Assembly: GCA_965250285.1 (NCBI GenBank)
Contig: OZ252299.1
Coordinates: 1 to 64,000 of the forward strand
Length of the DNA: 64,000 nt
Reading direction: 5' to 3'
Source of the DNA: Myxococcota bacterium
Lineage (GTDB): Bacteria; Myxococcota_A; UBA9160; UBA4427
Positions 50,634-60,205 of the stretch are shown here, piece by piece. Position 1 is the stretch's first letter, and each line of letters begins with the position of its first letter. The translations under genes and the position numbers were made by a program. The notes under the pieces are model-generated. The model had not been told where the DNA came from. It was given only the letters and a program-made list of their open reading frames with translations, and did not search any database.

Positions 50634-51452
50634 TCAGCGCTCAGTGGGCGATGTCAGCGCTCGCTCGATCGCGAGGGTCTCGGTCAGCAGGGCATCGAAG
50701 GCGGCTGGGGTGATCTGGCACGGCCCGTCGACGGGTGCAGCGTCGGGGTCGGGGTGCACCTCGATGAACAGGGCATCGACGCCTGCGGCGATGGCGGCGC
50801 GGGCCAGCGGCGCGACGACCTCGCGCGCGCCGCCCGACGCGCCGTCGCGTGCCCCCGGGCGCTGCGCTGCGTGCGTGGCATCGAAGCAAACGGGCGCGAA
50901 CTGCCGCATCGCTGCGAGCCCCCGAAAGTCGACGACGAGATCGTGGTGGCCAAAGCTCGTGCCGCGCTCTGTGACGAGGACGTCGTCGCAGCCGAACGTC
51001 GCGAGCTTGTCGACGGCGTGGCGCATGTCTTCGGGCGCGACGAACTGACCCTTCTTGAGATTCACGGCGCGGCCGGTCTCGGCGCAGGCGCGCAACAGAT
51101 CGGTCTGGCGACACAGGAAGGCCGGGATCTGCAGGCCATCGACGACCTCGGCGACGCGAGCCGCCTGCGCGGTTTCGTGGACGTCGGTGACGACGGGTAG
51201 GCCGGTCTCGGCGCGCACTGCTGCGAGCATCTCGAGCCCCGCGTCGAGCCCGGGCCCTCGAAACCCGTCGACCCGGGTCCGGTTCGCCTTGTCGAACGAG
51301 GCCTTGAAGACGACGGGCCGGCGGTGCGCGCCCCCGAGCCGGGCGACCGTGCGCGCGACGTCGAGCGCGCCCTCGAGCGTTTCGAGCACGTTCAGCCCGG
51401 CGATGAGAGCGAGCGGATTTCGATCACCGATGACGACGTCGCGCAGCTTCAC
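50634..51452 (-). CDS. kdsA: KDO 8-phosphate synthase
   Basis: FKASFDKANRT, TDVHE, QIPAFLCRQTDL, KKGQF, ERGTSFG, DATH, FIEVHPDP. Confidence 0.93.
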   Translation of the reverse strand: MKLRDVVIGDRNPLALIAGLNVLETLEGALDVARTVARLGGAHRRPVVFKASFDKANRTRVDGFRGPGLDAGLEMLAAVRAETGLPVVTDVHETAQAARVAEVVDGLQIPAFLCRQTDLLRACAETGRAVNLKKGQFVAPEDMRHAVDKLATFGCDDVLVTERGTSFGHHDLVVDFRGLAAMRQFAPVCFDATHAAQRPGARDGASGGAREVVAPLARAAIAAGVDALFIEVHPDPDAAPVDGPCQITPAAFDALLTETLAIERALTSPTER

Positions 51453-51499
51453 CTGACCCCACTCCCGGCCGCTCGTTCGGGTACCGAGCGCCCGGGATG

Positions 51500-52681
51500 C
51501 TAGCTCGATTCGCCGGACGGCTTCGCGCGCGGGCCGTTCGCCGGCCCCAGGGCCAGTGCGACCTCGGCGGCGATGGCGTGATAGCCGGCCGCCGTCGGGT
51601 GGGTATCGGCCGAGCGCAGATAGATGCGCTCGCGCATCGAGGCGGCGTGGAGCGGAGGAAATGCGTCGATCCACTCGACGCCGAGGGCGTCGAGCCGTTG
51701 CGTCACCTGGCGAACCGCTTCGAGCTCGCCGGTCACGAGCTGGTCGAGCAGGGTCCGGCACTCGGCCGCGAGCGGCCCGGCGCGGTCGGCCAGGACGTGT
51801 TCCTTACCCGGGATCAGCACGACGACCAGCTCGATGCCTGCAGCCTCGGCGGTGCTCGCCATCTGCTCGACCAGCGTGAGCGTGAGCGCCAGGCCGGTGG
51901 TGACCCCGTCGCTTTCGAGTTCGATCCCGATACGCCTTGTTTCGAGCTTCAACACGGTGGCGAACGGCGATTCGATCGCCACGTTGCAGTGGGCCCCGTC
52001 CGCTTGCTTCGGCCGCGCGTCGCCGATGGCGTTCAACCGCTGACCGAGTGGACTGGCCTCGAACGATCGCACCAGCATGCTGCGGCCACGCAGCCAACGC
52101 CGCGGGGACATCTCGTCGACGAACTGGACGCTGTGGGTCGTCTCGATGTTCGGATCGTCTGCTGCGGGCCAATCGGCCGGAGTGGTCGCGCGCAGCGAAC
52201 GCCAGTGCGGGCGTCGCAGCACCGAGATGTATGCGTTGTGAAGATCGTTGCCGAAGTAGAGGCCGACGAGCACGCGCCGGGGTTGCAGCGCGATCACTTC
52301 GGTTTCGAGCAGGTACGCGTACTCGGCGGGGCCGTAGCCGCCGACGCCCATGTTGTAGACGACGTCACCCGTCAGCTCCCCGAGCTGGCTCGGCCAAGAC
52401 TCGCGCATGCGTGCCACGAAGCCGTACGTGATCGAGTCGCCGAGCACCACGACATCGGCCCGGTCGGGAACGTTGGGATTGCGGTAGCCACGTGCATCGT
52501 GTCCACCGGTCTCGGGCGCAATCGCATGACCGAGCACGTCGTGGCGTATTCGGTCGGGCTTCAGAAGGTCGATGGGGTCGCGGATGATGCGCAGCGCGAT
52601 CTCGAGGACGCCGATGCAGAGGACGGTCGTCGCCAACACCGTGATCACGGCGAAGAGCGTCTTCTGACCGGCTCGGTTCAT
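51500..52681 (-). CDS. SGNH/GDSL hydrolase-family protein with N-terminal membrane anchor
   Basis: LGDSITYG, NMGVGGYG, GND, DTHPTAAG. Confidence 0.85.
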   Translation of the reverse strand: MNRAGQKTLFAVITVLATTVLCIGVLEIALRIIRDPIDLLKPDRIRHDVLGHAIAPETGGHDARGYRNPNVPDRADVVVLGDSITYGFVARMRESWPSQLGELTGDVVYNMGVGGYGPAEYAYLLETEVIALQPRRVLVGLYFGNDLHNAYISVLRRPHWRSLRATTPADWPAADDPNIETTHSVQFVDEMSPRRWLRGRSMLVRSFEASPLGQRLNAIGDARPKQADGAHCNVAIESPFATVLKLETRRIGIELESDGVTTGLALTLTLVEQMASTAEAAGIELVVVLIPGKEHVLADRAGPLAAECRTLLDQLVTGELEAVRQVTQRLDALGVEWIDAFPPLHAASMRERIYLRSADTHPTAAGYHAIAAEVALALGPANGPRAKPSGESS

Positions 52682-52865
52682 GGGCGCGCACGCTAGCAGA
52701 GCTCCGGGCCCGAGATTCGACCGGAAGAGCCGTTTCGAGACGTTCTGGCCGGTGCCGGACAGAGGGGGGCAGACTCACTACGATCCACCCCGGCCGACCC
52801 GCCGAGTGAACGCGCGGGTGGACCGCGCCCTTCGGGCGCGCTCCCGACGGCCGCCCGCAGGAAGG

Positions 52866-54020
52866 ATGAGCATGCGCAGAGAGATCTTCTCCGACGAGCA
52901 CGAGCAGTTTCGAAGTGAGTTTCGGCGCTTCGCCGCGGCCGAGATCGAGCCGCGCATCGAGGCCTGGAACGCCGCCGGGATCAGCGACCGAGAGACGTGG
53001 CGCAAGATGGGGGAAGCCGGCTTCCTGGGGCCCGATATGCCCGAAGAGTACGGTGGGGCTGGCGCCGACTTTCTCTACGACGCGATCGTGATGGAAGAGC
53101 TCGCCTACCTTCGCGCGCACGCGCTGCAGACGTCGCTCCACGTCGACATCTGCCTGCCCTACCTGCGCGACTTCGGCACGGAGGCGCAGAAGCAGAAGTA
53201 CCTCGTGCCCGCGATCACCGGCGAGTGCCTCGTCGCAATCGCGATGACCGAGCCGGGCACGGGAAGCGATCTGGCGAACGTGCAGTCGCGCGCGATTCGC
53301 GATGGCGATCACTACGTCTTGAACGGCGCCAAGACCTTCATCTCGAACGGCCAGAACTGCGATCTCGTGATCGTCGTGTGCAAGACCGACCCCGACGCGA
53401 GTCCACCCCACGCCGGCGTCAGCCTGCTGCTCGTCGAGGCCGATGCCGCCGGCTTCGAGCGCGGACGCAATCTGAAGAAGCTCGGGCTGAAGGGGCAAGA
53501 TACCAGCGAGCTGTTCTTCAATGATTGTCGCGTGCCGGTCGAGAATCTGCTGGGGCAGGAGGGGCAGGGCTTCAAGATGCTCATGCAGAAGCTGCAGCAG
53601 GAGCGCCTCTGCATCGGGATCAGCTCGATGGCGAGCTGCCGCCGCGCGCTCGACGACACGATCGCCTACGTCAAGGATCGAAAGGCGTTCGGTCAGTCGA
53701 TCGCCGGCTTTCAGAATACGCAGTTCAAGCTCGCCGAGCTCGAGACCGAGGTGCAGATCGGCCAGGCGTTCGTCGATCGTCTGCTCGCGGCTCACGTACG
53801 CGGTGACGACATCGTGAGCGAGGTCAGCATGGCGAAGTGGTGGACCACCGATCTGCAGAAGAAGCTCACGAGCGAGTGTCTGCAGCTGCACGGTGGCTAC
53901 GGCTTCATGGACGAGTATCCGATCAGCCGCGACTACGCCGACGCCGCGGTCCAGTCGATCTACGCGGGCACCAACGAGATCATGAAGGTGATCATCGCCC
54001 GCCGGATGGGGCTTGGCTGA
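52866..54020 (+). CDS. Acyl-CoA dehydrogenase
   Basis: AMTEPGTGSDL, LNGAKTFISNG, DTSELFF, RKAFG, QLHGGYG, IYAGTNEIMK. Confidence 0.95.
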   Translation: MSMRREIFSDEHEQFRSEFRRFAAAEIEPRIEAWNAAGISDRETWRKMGEAGFLGPDMPEEYGGAGADFLYDAIVMEELAYLRAHALQTSLHVDICLPYLRDFGTEAQKQKYLVPAITGECLVAIAMTEPGTGSDLANVQSRAIRDGDHYVLNGAKTFISNGQNCDLVIVVCKTDPDASPPHAGVSLLLVEADAAGFERGRNLKKLGLKGQDTSELFFNDCRVPVENLLGQEGQGFKMLMQKLQQERLCIGISSMASCRRALDDTIAYVKDRKAFGQSIAGFQNTQFKLAELETEVQIGQAFVDRLLAAHVRGDDIVSEVSMAKWWTTDLQKKLTSECLQLHGGYGFMDEYPISRDYADAAVQSIYAGTNEIMKVIIARRMGLG

Positions 54021-54789
54021 GCGCGCCGCGAACCCGGCGCCCGAAGGCGAGATTGGCCGGCTCGAGGCGATCGCGGCGGCGGCCTGGCCGGCCGCGCGCG
54101 TCGAGACCGTCGACGGCTGGCGGCTCTACGAGAGTGGCGGTGGGCCGCGCCGGACCCAGTCGGTGCAGACGTCGGCGTGGCGAGGGGACGCAGTCGACGC
54201 GTCGATCCAAGCGTGTGAGCGCTTCTACGAGGCGGTCGGCGAGCCCCCGGTGTTCAAGATGACTGAGGCGAGTGAGCCACGCGGGCTCGACGATGTGCTC
54301 GCCGGGCGGGGCTACGCGCGGCGCGACGACACGATCGTGCAGACCGCATCGCTCGACTCGATCGGGGCGGGCGGCGAGTGCCTCGTCGACGGCCGCCCCT
54401 CGCGTGCGTGGGTGGCGCTCTGTCTCGAGGTCTCGGGCGGGAGCGAGCGCGACCGGGGCGCACACGGCGAGATCCTGAAGCGCGTGGCTGCGCGGCCAGG
54501 CCCGTCGGCCTTCGCGTCGATCGAGGTCAACGGCGGCCTGGCGGCGATCGGGCTCGGTGCCATCGAAGCGGGCGTCTGCTTCGTGGGCGAGGTGGCGACG
54601 CACCCGGCGCATCGACGCGCCGGCCACGCCCGCGAGATCGTGCGTGGCCTGATGGCGTGGGCTGCGGGCGAGGGCGCGCATGAGGCGCTCTTGCAGGTCG
54701 TGGCTGCGAACGCCCCGGCGCGCCGCATCTACGCCGAGCTCGGCTTCTGCGATCGCTACGTCTACTGGTATCGACAGCCGGCTGTGTGA
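54013..54789 (+). CDS. GNAT family N-acetyltransferase
   Basis: VATHPAHRRAGHA, LQVVAANAPARRIYAELGF, YWYR. Confidence 0.85.
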   Translation: MAERAANPAPEGEIGRLEAIAAAAWPAARVETVDGWRLYESGGGPRRTQSVQTSAWRGDAVDASIQACERFYEAVGEPPVFKMTEASEPRGLDDVLAGRGYARRDDTIVQTASLDSIGAGGECLVDGRPSRAWVALCLEVSGGSERDRGAHGEILKRVAARPGPSAFASIEVNGGLAAIGLGAIEAGVCFVGEVATHPAHRRAGHAREIVRGLMAWAAGEGAHEALLQVVAANAPARRIYAELGFCDRYVYWYRQPAV

Positions 54790-54882
54790 GCAGGTATGAC
54801 GCGCCGCTCGATTCGACCGCCGCCCGCGTGACGCACGCCTCAAGCGCCGCTCGATTCGACCCAGGGCCGCGTGACCGCCGCG

Positions 54883-55875
54883 CTACACGCCGCCTGACTC
54901 GACCCACGGCAGCGCACCGAGATCGACGTTGCCGCCGCTTGCGACCCACGCCACGCGTCGGCCGGCGAAGCGCTCGCGGTGGGCGAGCACACCGGCGAGC
55001 GGGACGGCCCCCGACGGCTCGACGACCTGCTTCATGCGCGAGAACACGAGGCGCATCGCCTCGATGATCATGTCGTCGTCGACGGTGACGATGTCGTCGA
55101 CGTGCTTCTGGATCAGCTCGAAGTTGATCTGGCCCAGGGACGTCAGAAGGCCATCTGCGATGGTGTCGGGGGCGAGCTGGGCGACCCACACGCCGCTGCG
55201 AAAGCTGCGCGCGGCGTCGTCTGCGCCGATCGGCTCGACCGCGATCACCTCGCAACCGGGCAGCAGGCTCTTGATCGCGACGGCCAGACCGGCGAGCAGC
55301 CCGCCGCCGCCGACCGGAGCGAGCACGACGTCGGGTTCGGTCCCGCCCATCTGAAAGGCGATCTCGACGCCGACCGTGCCCTGGCCGTTGATCACGCGTG
55401 GATCCTCGTATGGATGGACGGGCTCGGCGCCGGTTCGCTCGATGACGCGAGCGAGGGTCGACTCGCGCGCGTCGAGGGTCGGCTCGCACCAGATGATCTC
55501 GGCGCCGTAGCCCTCGACGGCGACCTTCTTCACGATGGGCGCGTTCTCGGGCATGACGACGTAGGCGGGGATGCCGCGGTTGCGGGCGGCGAGGGCCAGG
55601 GCCGCGGCATGGTTGCCCGATGAGTGGGCGGCGACGCCGCGGCGCGCGGCTTCGTCGTCGAGCTGCAGCACGGCGTTGTGGGCGCCCCGCGCCTTGAAGG
55701 CGCCCACGCGCTGCAGATGCTCCGACTTCATGTGCAGGTCGCATCCGGCGATTTCGTCGATCGCGCGGCTCGTCAGGATCGGCGTGCGGTGCACCCAGGG
55801 CTCGATGCGCGTCGCCGCCTCGTGAATCGTGTCGATCGAGACGAGGTCGCTCGCCGCCGGGCGCTGCGCACTCAC
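54883..55875 (-). CDS. PLP-dependent serine/threonine dehydratase or serine racemase family protein
   Basis: KSEHLQRVGAFKARGA, HSSGNHA, GQGT, PVGGGGL, VEPSGA, SGGNVD. GTGA overlap. Confidence 0.9.
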   Translation of the reverse strand: MSAQRPAASDLVSIDTIHEAATRIEPWVHRTPILTSRAIDEIAGCDLHMKSEHLQRVGAFKARGAHNAVLQLDDEAARRGVAAHSSGNHAAALALAARNRGIPAYVVMPENAPIVKKVAVEGYGAEIIWCEPTLDARESTLARVIERTGAEPVHPYEDPRVINGQGTVGVEIAFQMGGTEPDVVLAPVGGGGLLAGLAVAIKSLLPGCEVIAVEPIGADDAARSFRSGVWVAQLAPDTIADGLLTSLGQINFELIQKHVDDIVTVDDDMIIEAMRLVFSRMKQVVEPSGAVPLAGVLAHRERFAGRRVAWVASGGNVDLGALPWVESGGV

Positions 55876-56981
55876 GTCGACGCTCCGAACAGCGCCGCCG
55901 CCGCGCGCGACAGCACGCGGCGGCCATGCTCGACGACGGCGGCCTCCCAGGCGCGGTCGTCCGGGATGCTCGCGACCCGATGGCCCCACGCGATCTCTCC
56001 GCCCAGGCGGGTCATGTGGTTGCCCTTTCGATGCAGCCAGTGCTCGCGCCGCTCGGCGAGGATCATCGTCGTGTCGTCGACCGTTCCGATCTCGAGCGTC
56101 ACGGCGGCGCAGCGCGCGCTCTGCACGCGTTCGCAGAGCCCGATCGAGAGCTGGCCGCGCTTGTGGGGGGTGGTGGCGCCGGGGTTGTCGATCGTGCGCT
56201 CGATCGTCTCGCCCTCGAAGGCGGCGCGCACCATCGCATCGCCGGTGCTGCCTTCGGGTTCGCCCGAGAGCAGGGTACAGGCTGCGTGGGCGCCGTGTCC
56301 GGTATGCAGGTCGACGACGAGCATCGCCTCGCAGTCGACCAGGTGCTGCGCCGCCAGCGTGTCGAGGATCTGCGTCGACGCCTCTCGGCGATGGCCGCCG
56401 TAGTAGAGGCCGTCGGCGTACTCGTACTGGCCCACCGTGATCGATTCCTTGACCCAGTCGTAGCCGCGCTCTTCGATGAAGCGCGACGTGGCGTCGAGGA
56501 ACGCCCGGTCTGTCTCGTCGTCGATCACCTCGGGGCAGAGCCAGGGGTGCAGCTCTCGGTAGCCGGCGTTCTCGGGTGGGGGGGCTCCGAAGTCGATCCA
56601 GTTGCGGTTGAGGTCGACGTTCGACTCGTTCTGGCGTCGCCACCACGCCATGCCCCATGGATTGACCGCGTGCACGTGCATCACCGAGCAGCCCGGCGGC
56701 ACGTCGGCCGCGATCGCATCTCGGAGCACGTCGGTCTGGATCGCCGAGCCGGCAAAGCCCTCGATTCCGTGCACGCCCGACATCACCACCAGCGTGCGCG
56801 TCGCGTCGGGGTCGCCGAGCAGCGCGACGTCGACCGAGAGCCGCTCGCCCTCGGGTCCACGGGCCTCGATCGGGCGGCGTTCGTGTCGCGCGCCGGCCCG
56901 CCCGGCCGCCTGCATGAACCGAGCGCGGCACTCGACGAACGTCAGGGGAAAGGCCCCGGTCGAATCGGACGCTGGGTTCAC
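55872..56981 (-). CDS. DUF2817/M14-like zinc hydrolase
   Basis: SGVHGIEG, HAVNPWG, RRQNESNVDLNRN, DLHTGHG, TLEIGT. Confidence 0.85.
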   Translation of the reverse strand: MNPASDSTGAFPLTFVECRARFMQAAGRAGARHERRPIEARGPEGERLSVDVALLGDPDATRTLVVMSGVHGIEGFAGSAIQTDVLRDAIAADVPPGCSVMHVHAVNPWGMAWWRRQNESNVDLNRNWIDFGAPPPENAGYRELHPWLCPEVIDDETDRAFLDATSRFIEERGYDWVKESITVGQYEYADGLYYGGHRREASTQILDTLAAQHLVDCEAMLVVDLHTGHGAHAACTLLSGEPEGSTGDAMVRAAFEGETIERTIDNPGATTPHKRGQLSIGLCERVQSARCAAVTLEIGTVDDTTMILAERREHWLHRKGNHMTRLGGEIAWGHRVASIPDDRAWEAAVVEHGRRVLSRAAAALFGAST

Positions 56982-58360
56982 GCGCCGTCTCCCAGGCCCG
57001 GCAGAATCTCAGCGGCCCAGCGGTCGAGCCCCCGGCGAAAGCGCGCGAGCACCTCGTCGATCTCGTCTTCGGCGATCACGAGCGGCGGGCACAGGGCGAG
57101 GTGATCGCCGAGCGCGCGTGAGACGACACCCTCGCCGAGCAGGGCACGGTGGAGCGATAGCCCGCTCTTCCATTCGGGGGGCAGGGCCCGCCCGCCGTCG
57201 GCGACGAGTGAGGCCCCCGCGATCAGCCCCTCGCCGCGAATCTCGCCGACGTTCGGGTGGCCCTTCAGCACATTGCGAAGGCGCGCCTGGAACTCGGGCC
57301 CGAGCTCGCTGGCCCGCGTGAACAACCCCTCGCGTTCCATGATGTCGAGGTTCGCGAGCGCTGCGGCCGCGCCGACGGGATGCATGCTCGTCGTGTGCCC
57401 GTGGGCGACCGGGCCTTGCTGCGGCGAGGCGGCCGCGAGCTCTTCGTAGATCGCGTTCGAGACGATCGCCGCCGAGACCGGGAAGTACGCGCTCGAGATC
57501 GCCTTGGCCACGATCATGAGATCGGGCTCGATGCCGTAGTGCTGCGATGCGAAGGGCGTCCCGACGCGACCGAAACCCGTGATCACCTCGTCGGCGACGA
57601 CGAGCACGTCGTGGCGACGGCAGACGGCCTGAATCGCAGGCCAGTAGCCTTCGGGCGGCGTGAAGACGCCGCCGGCGCCCATGACCGGCTCGCCCCAGAA
57701 GGCGGCGACGGTCTCGGGCCCCTCGCGCACGATGAGCGCCTCGAGCTCGTGTGCGCAGCGCTCGGCGAACTCTGCCTCGGTCTCGCCTTCGCGCCCCTGG
57801 CTTCCGAAGTGGGCCTGGGTGGTGTGCAGGAAGCGATCGAGCGGCGCGTCGAAGAGGGCGTGCATGTAGGGCAGCCCGGACAGGCTCGTCGCCGCGAGCG
57901 TCACGCCGTGATACGCCCCCTCGCGTGAGATGATCTTCTTCTTCTCGGGCTGGCCCCGGAGGTTACGGAGCAGCCAGACGAGCTTGACGGCCGTGTCGTT
58001 GGCCTCCGAGCCCGAGTTGCAGAAGAAGAAGTGATCGAGGCCGTCGGGGGTCCACCGCGAGAGCCGCCGCGCGAGCTCGATGCCCGGCTCGTTGCTCTGA
58101 CCGAGAAAGCTGTGGCCGTAGCCGAGCTGCTTCGCCTGCGCGGCCATGGCGTCGGCGATCTCGTCGCGCCCGTAGCCGACGGCCACGCACCACAAGCCGG
58201 CCATGGCGTCGATGATCTCGTTGCCGTCGGTGTCGGTGATCCACACGCCGCGCCCGGCGCGCAGGATGCGTCCGTCCTGCCCGCGCTGCTCGGCGATCGA
58301 CGTGTAGGGATGAAAGACGTGGGCGCGGTCGGCGCTTCGGAGATCGTGCGAACTGCTCAT
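56978..58360 (-). CDS. Class III PLP aminotransferase (omega-transaminase type)
   Basis: DAMAGLWC, SGSEAND, YHG, EPVMGAGG, DEVITGFGR, AKAISS. Confidence 0.93.
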   Translation of the reverse strand: MSSSHDLRSADRAHVFHPYTSIAEQRGQDGRILRAGRGVWITDTDGNEIIDAMAGLWCVAVGYGRDEIADAMAAQAKQLGYGHSFLGQSNEPGIELARRLSRWTPDGLDHFFFCNSGSEANDTAVKLVWLLRNLRGQPEKKKIISREGAYHGVTLAATSLSGLPYMHALFDAPLDRFLHTTQAHFGSQGREGETEAEFAERCAHELEALIVREGPETVAAFWGEPVMGAGGVFTPPEGYWPAIQAVCRRHDVLVVADEVITGFGRVGTPFASQHYGIEPDLMIVAKAISSAYFPVSAAIVSNAIYEELAAASPQQGPVAHGHTTSMHPVGAAAALANLDIMEREGLFTRASELGPEFQARLRNVLKGHPNVGEIRGEGLIAGASLVADGGRALPPEWKSGLSLHRALLGEGVVSRALGDHLALCPPLVIAEDEIDEVLARFRRGLDRWAAEILPGLGDGA

Positions 58361-58462
58361 CCTGGGCCATCCTCGATGACGAGGGCCGAGGTCGGCGCCC
58401 GTCCTGCAGGATTGTCGGCCGACGTCTCATGGGTGGTCAAGGCCGACGCGGACGAAGCCTGC

Positions 58463-58891
58463 TCAGCTCGAGATCCCATCGAAGGCCTGGACCTTCGCCG
58501 GCACCAGCTCCCAGACGAGCTCGTCATCGCCGCCGTTGCGCTCGCCAAACTCTTCGGCCCGGTCTTCGCCCATGTATCGCCGTCCCGTCTCGGTAGCGAC
58601 GTGGCGTACGAGCGTGGGGTCTTCATTCAGGCGAATCTCGCCGTCGACGCGCACGAACGCGTAGGGCGGATGCTCGAGGTCGACGACGAGGCTGGCACGA
58701 GGCTCCTTGCGAAGGGCGCGTGCCTTGGCCGAAGCCTTGGTGGTCTGCCCGCGGAACACGCCGTCATCTTCGAGGATGAACCAGACGGGGGTCACCGCCG
58801 GTCGGCCGCTCGGCAATACGATCGCGAGCTTGGCAGTGCGCGTGCCCTCGCGGACGAACGCCTGCCACTCGGCTTCGCTCATGGGTTGCAT
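58463..58891 (-). CDS. PPOX-class probable F420-dependent oxidoreductase
   Basis: TRTAKLA...GRP.VTPVWF, KARAL..EPRASLVVD, RRYMG...AEEFGERNG. Confidence 0.85.
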   Translation of the reverse strand: MQPMSEAEWQAFVREGTRTAKLAIVLPSGRPAVTPVWFILEDDGVFRGQTTKASAKARALRKEPRASLVVDLEHPPYAFVRVDGEIRLNEDPTLVRHVATETGRRYMGEDRAEEFGERNGGDDELVWELVPAKVQAFDGISS

Positions 58892-59077
58892 CGGTCGGCC
58901 TCCAGGTCGGTGCGGCGTGCCTGACGTTTCGCCCGCTCCGGGGCATCGTGGTCACGCGCGAACGCTCTCTTGCCCTCGGGCACCCCGGGGCAGGCGCGAG
59001 ATGCCGCTCGCCTCGGTTCGGGCACGCTCTATTCTCTCCGATCACGCGGCCGCGCGCCGCGCACAGAGGACATCGCC

Positions 59078-60154
59078 ATGGACCGCATGAACGAGATCGC
59101 CTTCTACACCCTCGCCGGTGCGCCGAAGTCGCCCCGCGACCTGATCGACGAGGTGCAGCAGGCCGAGTCGCTGGGCATCGGCGGCTGCTTCATCTCGGAG
59201 CGATTCAACATCAAGGAAGCGGCCACGCTGTCGGGCGCCGTCGGCGCCGTGTCGAGCGAGATCGGCATTGCAACCGCGGCGACGAACCACAACACACGAC
59301 ATCCGATGGTCACCGCTGCGTTTGCAATGACGATGCACAAGCTCACCGGGGGTCGCTTCTCGCTCGGCCTCGGTCGCGGCATCGCGCCGCTCTTCGACGC
59401 CTACGGCCTGCCCCACATCAAGACGGCCCAGATCGAAGACTTCGTGGGTCTCATGCGACGCATCTGGCGCGGCGAGATCGTCGTCGGCCACGACGGCCCG
59501 GCGGGCCAGTACCCGCTGCTCACGATGGGCCCCGACTACGACGAACACATCCCGATGACCTTCACGGCGTTCGGGCCGAACTCGCTCGCCCTCGGCGGAC
59601 GCGCTTTCGATGCGGTGGTGCTGCACACCTTCTTCACCGACGAGACGACCGCGCGGTGTGTCCAGACGGTGAAGCGCGCCGCCGAGGAGGCGGGTCGCGA
59701 TCCGGCGACGGTGCGCGTGTGGTCGTGCTTCGCGACCGTCGGCGACCATCTGCCCGAAGCCGTCCGTCTCAAGAAGACGGTCGGTCGCATGGCGACGTAT
59801 CTGCAGGGCTACGGTGATCTGATGGTCGAGACGAACCGCTGGGATCCGGCCGTGCTGCAGCGATTTCGAGAAGACGAGCTCGTCGCGGGTTTCCGCGGCG
59901 CGCTCGATGCGACGGGCACGACCGAACAGCTCGAGCACGTCGCTTCGTTGATCCCGGAGGCGTGGCTCGCGCCCGCCGCTACGGGCACGCCCGAGCAGTG
60001 CGTCGCGAAGATCCAGGGGCAGTTCGACCTCGGCTGCGACGGCGTGATCATGCACGGCGCGAGCCCGGCCGAGCTCGAGCCGATCGTGGCCGCCTATCGC
60101 AAGGCGCGGCCGGCGGGTCGCTTCGACCACCTGGCCGCCAATCCGGCGGGCTGA
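59078..60154 (+). CDS. LLM-class probable F420-dependent oxidoreductase (TIGR03857-like)
   Basis: FISERFNIKEAATLSGA, ATNHNTRHP, LGLGRG, GHDGPAG, MHGASP. Confidence 0.85.
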   Translation: MDRMNEIAFYTLAGAPKSPRDLIDEVQQAESLGIGGCFISERFNIKEAATLSGAVGAVSSEIGIATAATNHNTRHPMVTAAFAMTMHKLTGGRFSLGLGRGIAPLFDAYGLPHIKTAQIEDFVGLMRRIWRGEIVVGHDGPAGQYPLLTMGPDYDEHIPMTFTAFGPNSLALGGRAFDAVVLHTFFTDETTARCVQTVKRAAEEAGRDPATVRVWSCFATVGDHLPEAVRLKKTVGRMATYLQGYGDLMVETNRWDPAVLQRFREDELVAGFRGALDATGTTEQLEHVASLIPEAWLAPAATGTPEQCVAKIQGQFDLGCDGVIMHGASPAELEPIVAAYRKARPAGRFDHLAANPAG

Positions 60155-60205
60155 GCGCTACGCTTCTCTTGAATTTCATCGGGCGATTCGCCCGGGGAGG
60201 AAGCC

